Assembly (NCBI RefSeq): GCF_006345805.1
Contig: NC_042998.1
Location: 32,302,001-32,366,000, forward strand
Direction: 5' to 3'
Length of the DNA stretch: 64,000 nucleotides
Origin: Octopus sinensis
Lineage: Eukaryota
Positions 61,626-64,000 of the stretch are shown here, in pieces (within the stretch, counting starts at the first letter, position 1; each line of letters opens with the position of its first letter). The notes below the pieces were generated by a model that was not told the DNA's origin, made no database searches, and was given only the letters and a program-made list of their open reading frames with translations. A program made the position numbers and the translations under genes.

Positions 61626-64000
61626 ACCCCAGCATGAAAAATAAAATTAATGCCACAATAATTGAAATGCAATAGGAATGAAGTAACTTGATTCTTAAGA
61701 CTGGTGATTAAAACTAGAGCTATAGTACTGAATGAAATATTGATGTTTCTGGCAAAAACGAATCTGATTTTCAACTTCACTGTATCCAAATTAGTCGAAA
61801 TCTAGTCTGCTTGATCATACTTACCTGGGGCTAAACAATAACAGCAATCCAGATCAGATGGTGGGGCTGAAATTCATGGCTGACTTCAAAACGGATTTGA
61901 ATTCTGATTAGAAAACTAAATACTACAAAGCACTCAACCACCACCACCACCACTACTACCGCTACTACAATTACTACTCATACCAACTTAGGCCTTTTAT
62001 TTAAGTCATAAATTAAGACTCCAGCTATGTTGCCCTCAACAATGAAGGAAATTGGTATTTGCCAAAAACAAAGGAAGAACAATGTCTAATTAAGGTACCT
62101 TCAAATCAGCCATTAAATAACATCTGAAACTATAAACAAAAAGTCTGATAATTAAATTGTTTGAAAAGCATAAAGTAATGAATTCACATCAATCTAAAGA
62201 ATTCTACCGAAATATATACAATATTTGTTTCAGTTGTATAGGTCAATGTACAGCGAAACTTATGACTAGTTCTCATCATGTCAACTTCATTAACCAAACT
62301 CATTAATTACATACCACTGTACTTAATTAATTTTCTCTATTATTACAAAGCCTAAATCTAGATTGTATGAAAGTGTTTTCCTTCATTTTTGTGCATATAT
62401 GTATCTTCTTGCAAAAGAACATGGTATTAATTATAAATTACAAGAACAAGATACCAAACGACAGAGAACATGCTTCATAAACTTTCAATGGAAGCATTTC
62501 AAGGATTCCCTTAGATATTTCCTATGGGAAATTACTTTGGGCTTTTTGGCAATTAGCTGGTGTCACAAATTAGCTATCAATTATTTTACCTTTAAGTTTT
62601 TCTTATCTTTGCAAGTAATTCACTGTGCAGCCTACGAATACAATGCTATTGCGATGCTAATTTTAGAGAGCAAAATCGATTCAGGAGCTGATTTGATATA
62701 TTCTAATGAAAAAATTCTGCTGAAAGCTTGAGAGTTTTCTTTTGTCTATTTCATATATTTTAATGTAATTTTTTTTTTATGCATAACCTCTAATATTAGA
62801 CTCAAAACATTAACACTAGAGGTCACCAAAGTATGTTAGCTGGAAAATATATTGTGCATAATGAAAATAGTGTCGAATACGGAAATTGCTAACTTTAAAA
62901 CAATCTATTTTAGTATGCATCAAATAATAGGAATGCTACCCTCTAGTTTTACAACTTTTAGTAGAATTACTGAAGTCTAATGGGAAGTCATCCAAGAAGG
63001 CTACAGTTAATTATGATTCACACAATTCTAATCATGTGTATACTAATCACAATACTAATCATGAGTAATTTGAAATTGACTTTAAGTAATTTAGTTTAAT
63101 TCTAATATATGGTGTTAATTTTTTAGTTTCCCCAGGTTTAAAAAATTTTTCGAATTGGAACAATCTTTAAGCAACTTTTTAGCTGAGAATGGAATGATGT
63201 GTAAATGATATTAATGTATGTAAATGATATCAATGTATCTATGAATATAAACGTCCATTAGCACTACTATTATTAGCTATGAAAAACATGACGCCACTAA
63301 CTCATATTTAGGCACCATCGGAAGTATTCTAGTGACGATCCATAATGATAAGCATATATCCGACACGTTGAAATATTATAAGATTTGGATAACATATATT
63401 TTGTAATTAATGGAAATACAAGTGAATTTTATCTCAATATAATAGAATATAAAATTAAAACAACTTTTCCCCTTGTTCCCAGTAATGTTAATTGAATTTC
63501 GCTTGCACTTGATGGATGATAGCTGCAGCTAATTAGATTGCTAAACAACTAATAGCAACTTCTAAAAACATCATCAATAATGCAAGTATTGATTTCAGAG
63601 CTTAAAGCAAATAGCATTTGTACTGCTGGAAGAAAGTTGGAGTGCATAATTAAGAAATAAAAGATCATTTATCAAATGTATCAACTTACTGCTTCTAGGT
63701 AAAATTAGAGGAAAGCAGTTGTCTGTAGGTATTTACATATTGTAACACTGGCCGTTGAATAAATATAGCCTTTTACTTGATAGGGAAAAGAGATTAAGCA
63801 ACTAAAAGGCAAAAACATTAAAAAAAAAACTAAAAGGCAAAAACAGTTAAAAAAAAACAAACAAAAATTTTAAAATTTAAAAGAAATTCGGCAAAAGTTT
63901 AGTCCTCATTAGTTTTAATATCCCCAGTTTTAATTTATTTTTCATTTAGCTTCGCTTTGTTTGAAATTTATATTCGTTTTGTTCTTTTAATGGGATTTTT

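Noticed and set aside
61825-61903. Possible 79-bp minus-strand exon (TCAG|...CCAG|GTAAGT)
   Set aside because: Good donor but weak polypyrimidine tract, and stops in all three frames; no partner exons. A non-coding exon cannot be excluded.
62363-62731. 122-aa ORF in non-repetitive sequence
   Set aside because: No recognisable motif or splice support; length is plausible by chance.

Overview
AT-rich, microsatellite-dense eukaryotic DNA made almost entirely of repeats. The repeat families resemble octopus (coleoid cephalopod) repeats; this is inferred from recognition, not from a search. I found no supportable host protein-coding gene, tRNA, rRNA or CRISPR array, and most ORFs in the track are translated microsatellites. 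The real coding remnants all belong to mobile elements: a 5'-truncated Penelope-like element (PLE; RT FLDD motif plus GIY-YIG), three REL-type (R4/Dong-like) LINE 3' ends, RTE and CR1 fragments, a mariner pseudogene and two copies of a Tc1 deletion derivative. There are also tRNA-derived SINEs, RTE 3'UTR fragments, piggyBac/mariner/hAT MITEs and non-autonomous Helitrons. The main unexplained signal is a dense set of hammerhead-ribozyme (HHR)-like motifs: about 25 copies in about 10 unrelated sequence contexts. Their stem III is self-complementary (dimer-type), and the core 3:8 pair covaries (C:G, U:A, G:C). They lie in fold-back elements, long direct repeats, tandem modules, the PLE terminus, and a recurrent palindromic element made of two divergent tRNA-like heads, each followed by (AAT)n and an HHR tail. 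Coordinates were read by hand and ends may be off by a few bases. Ribozyme activity is a prediction only.
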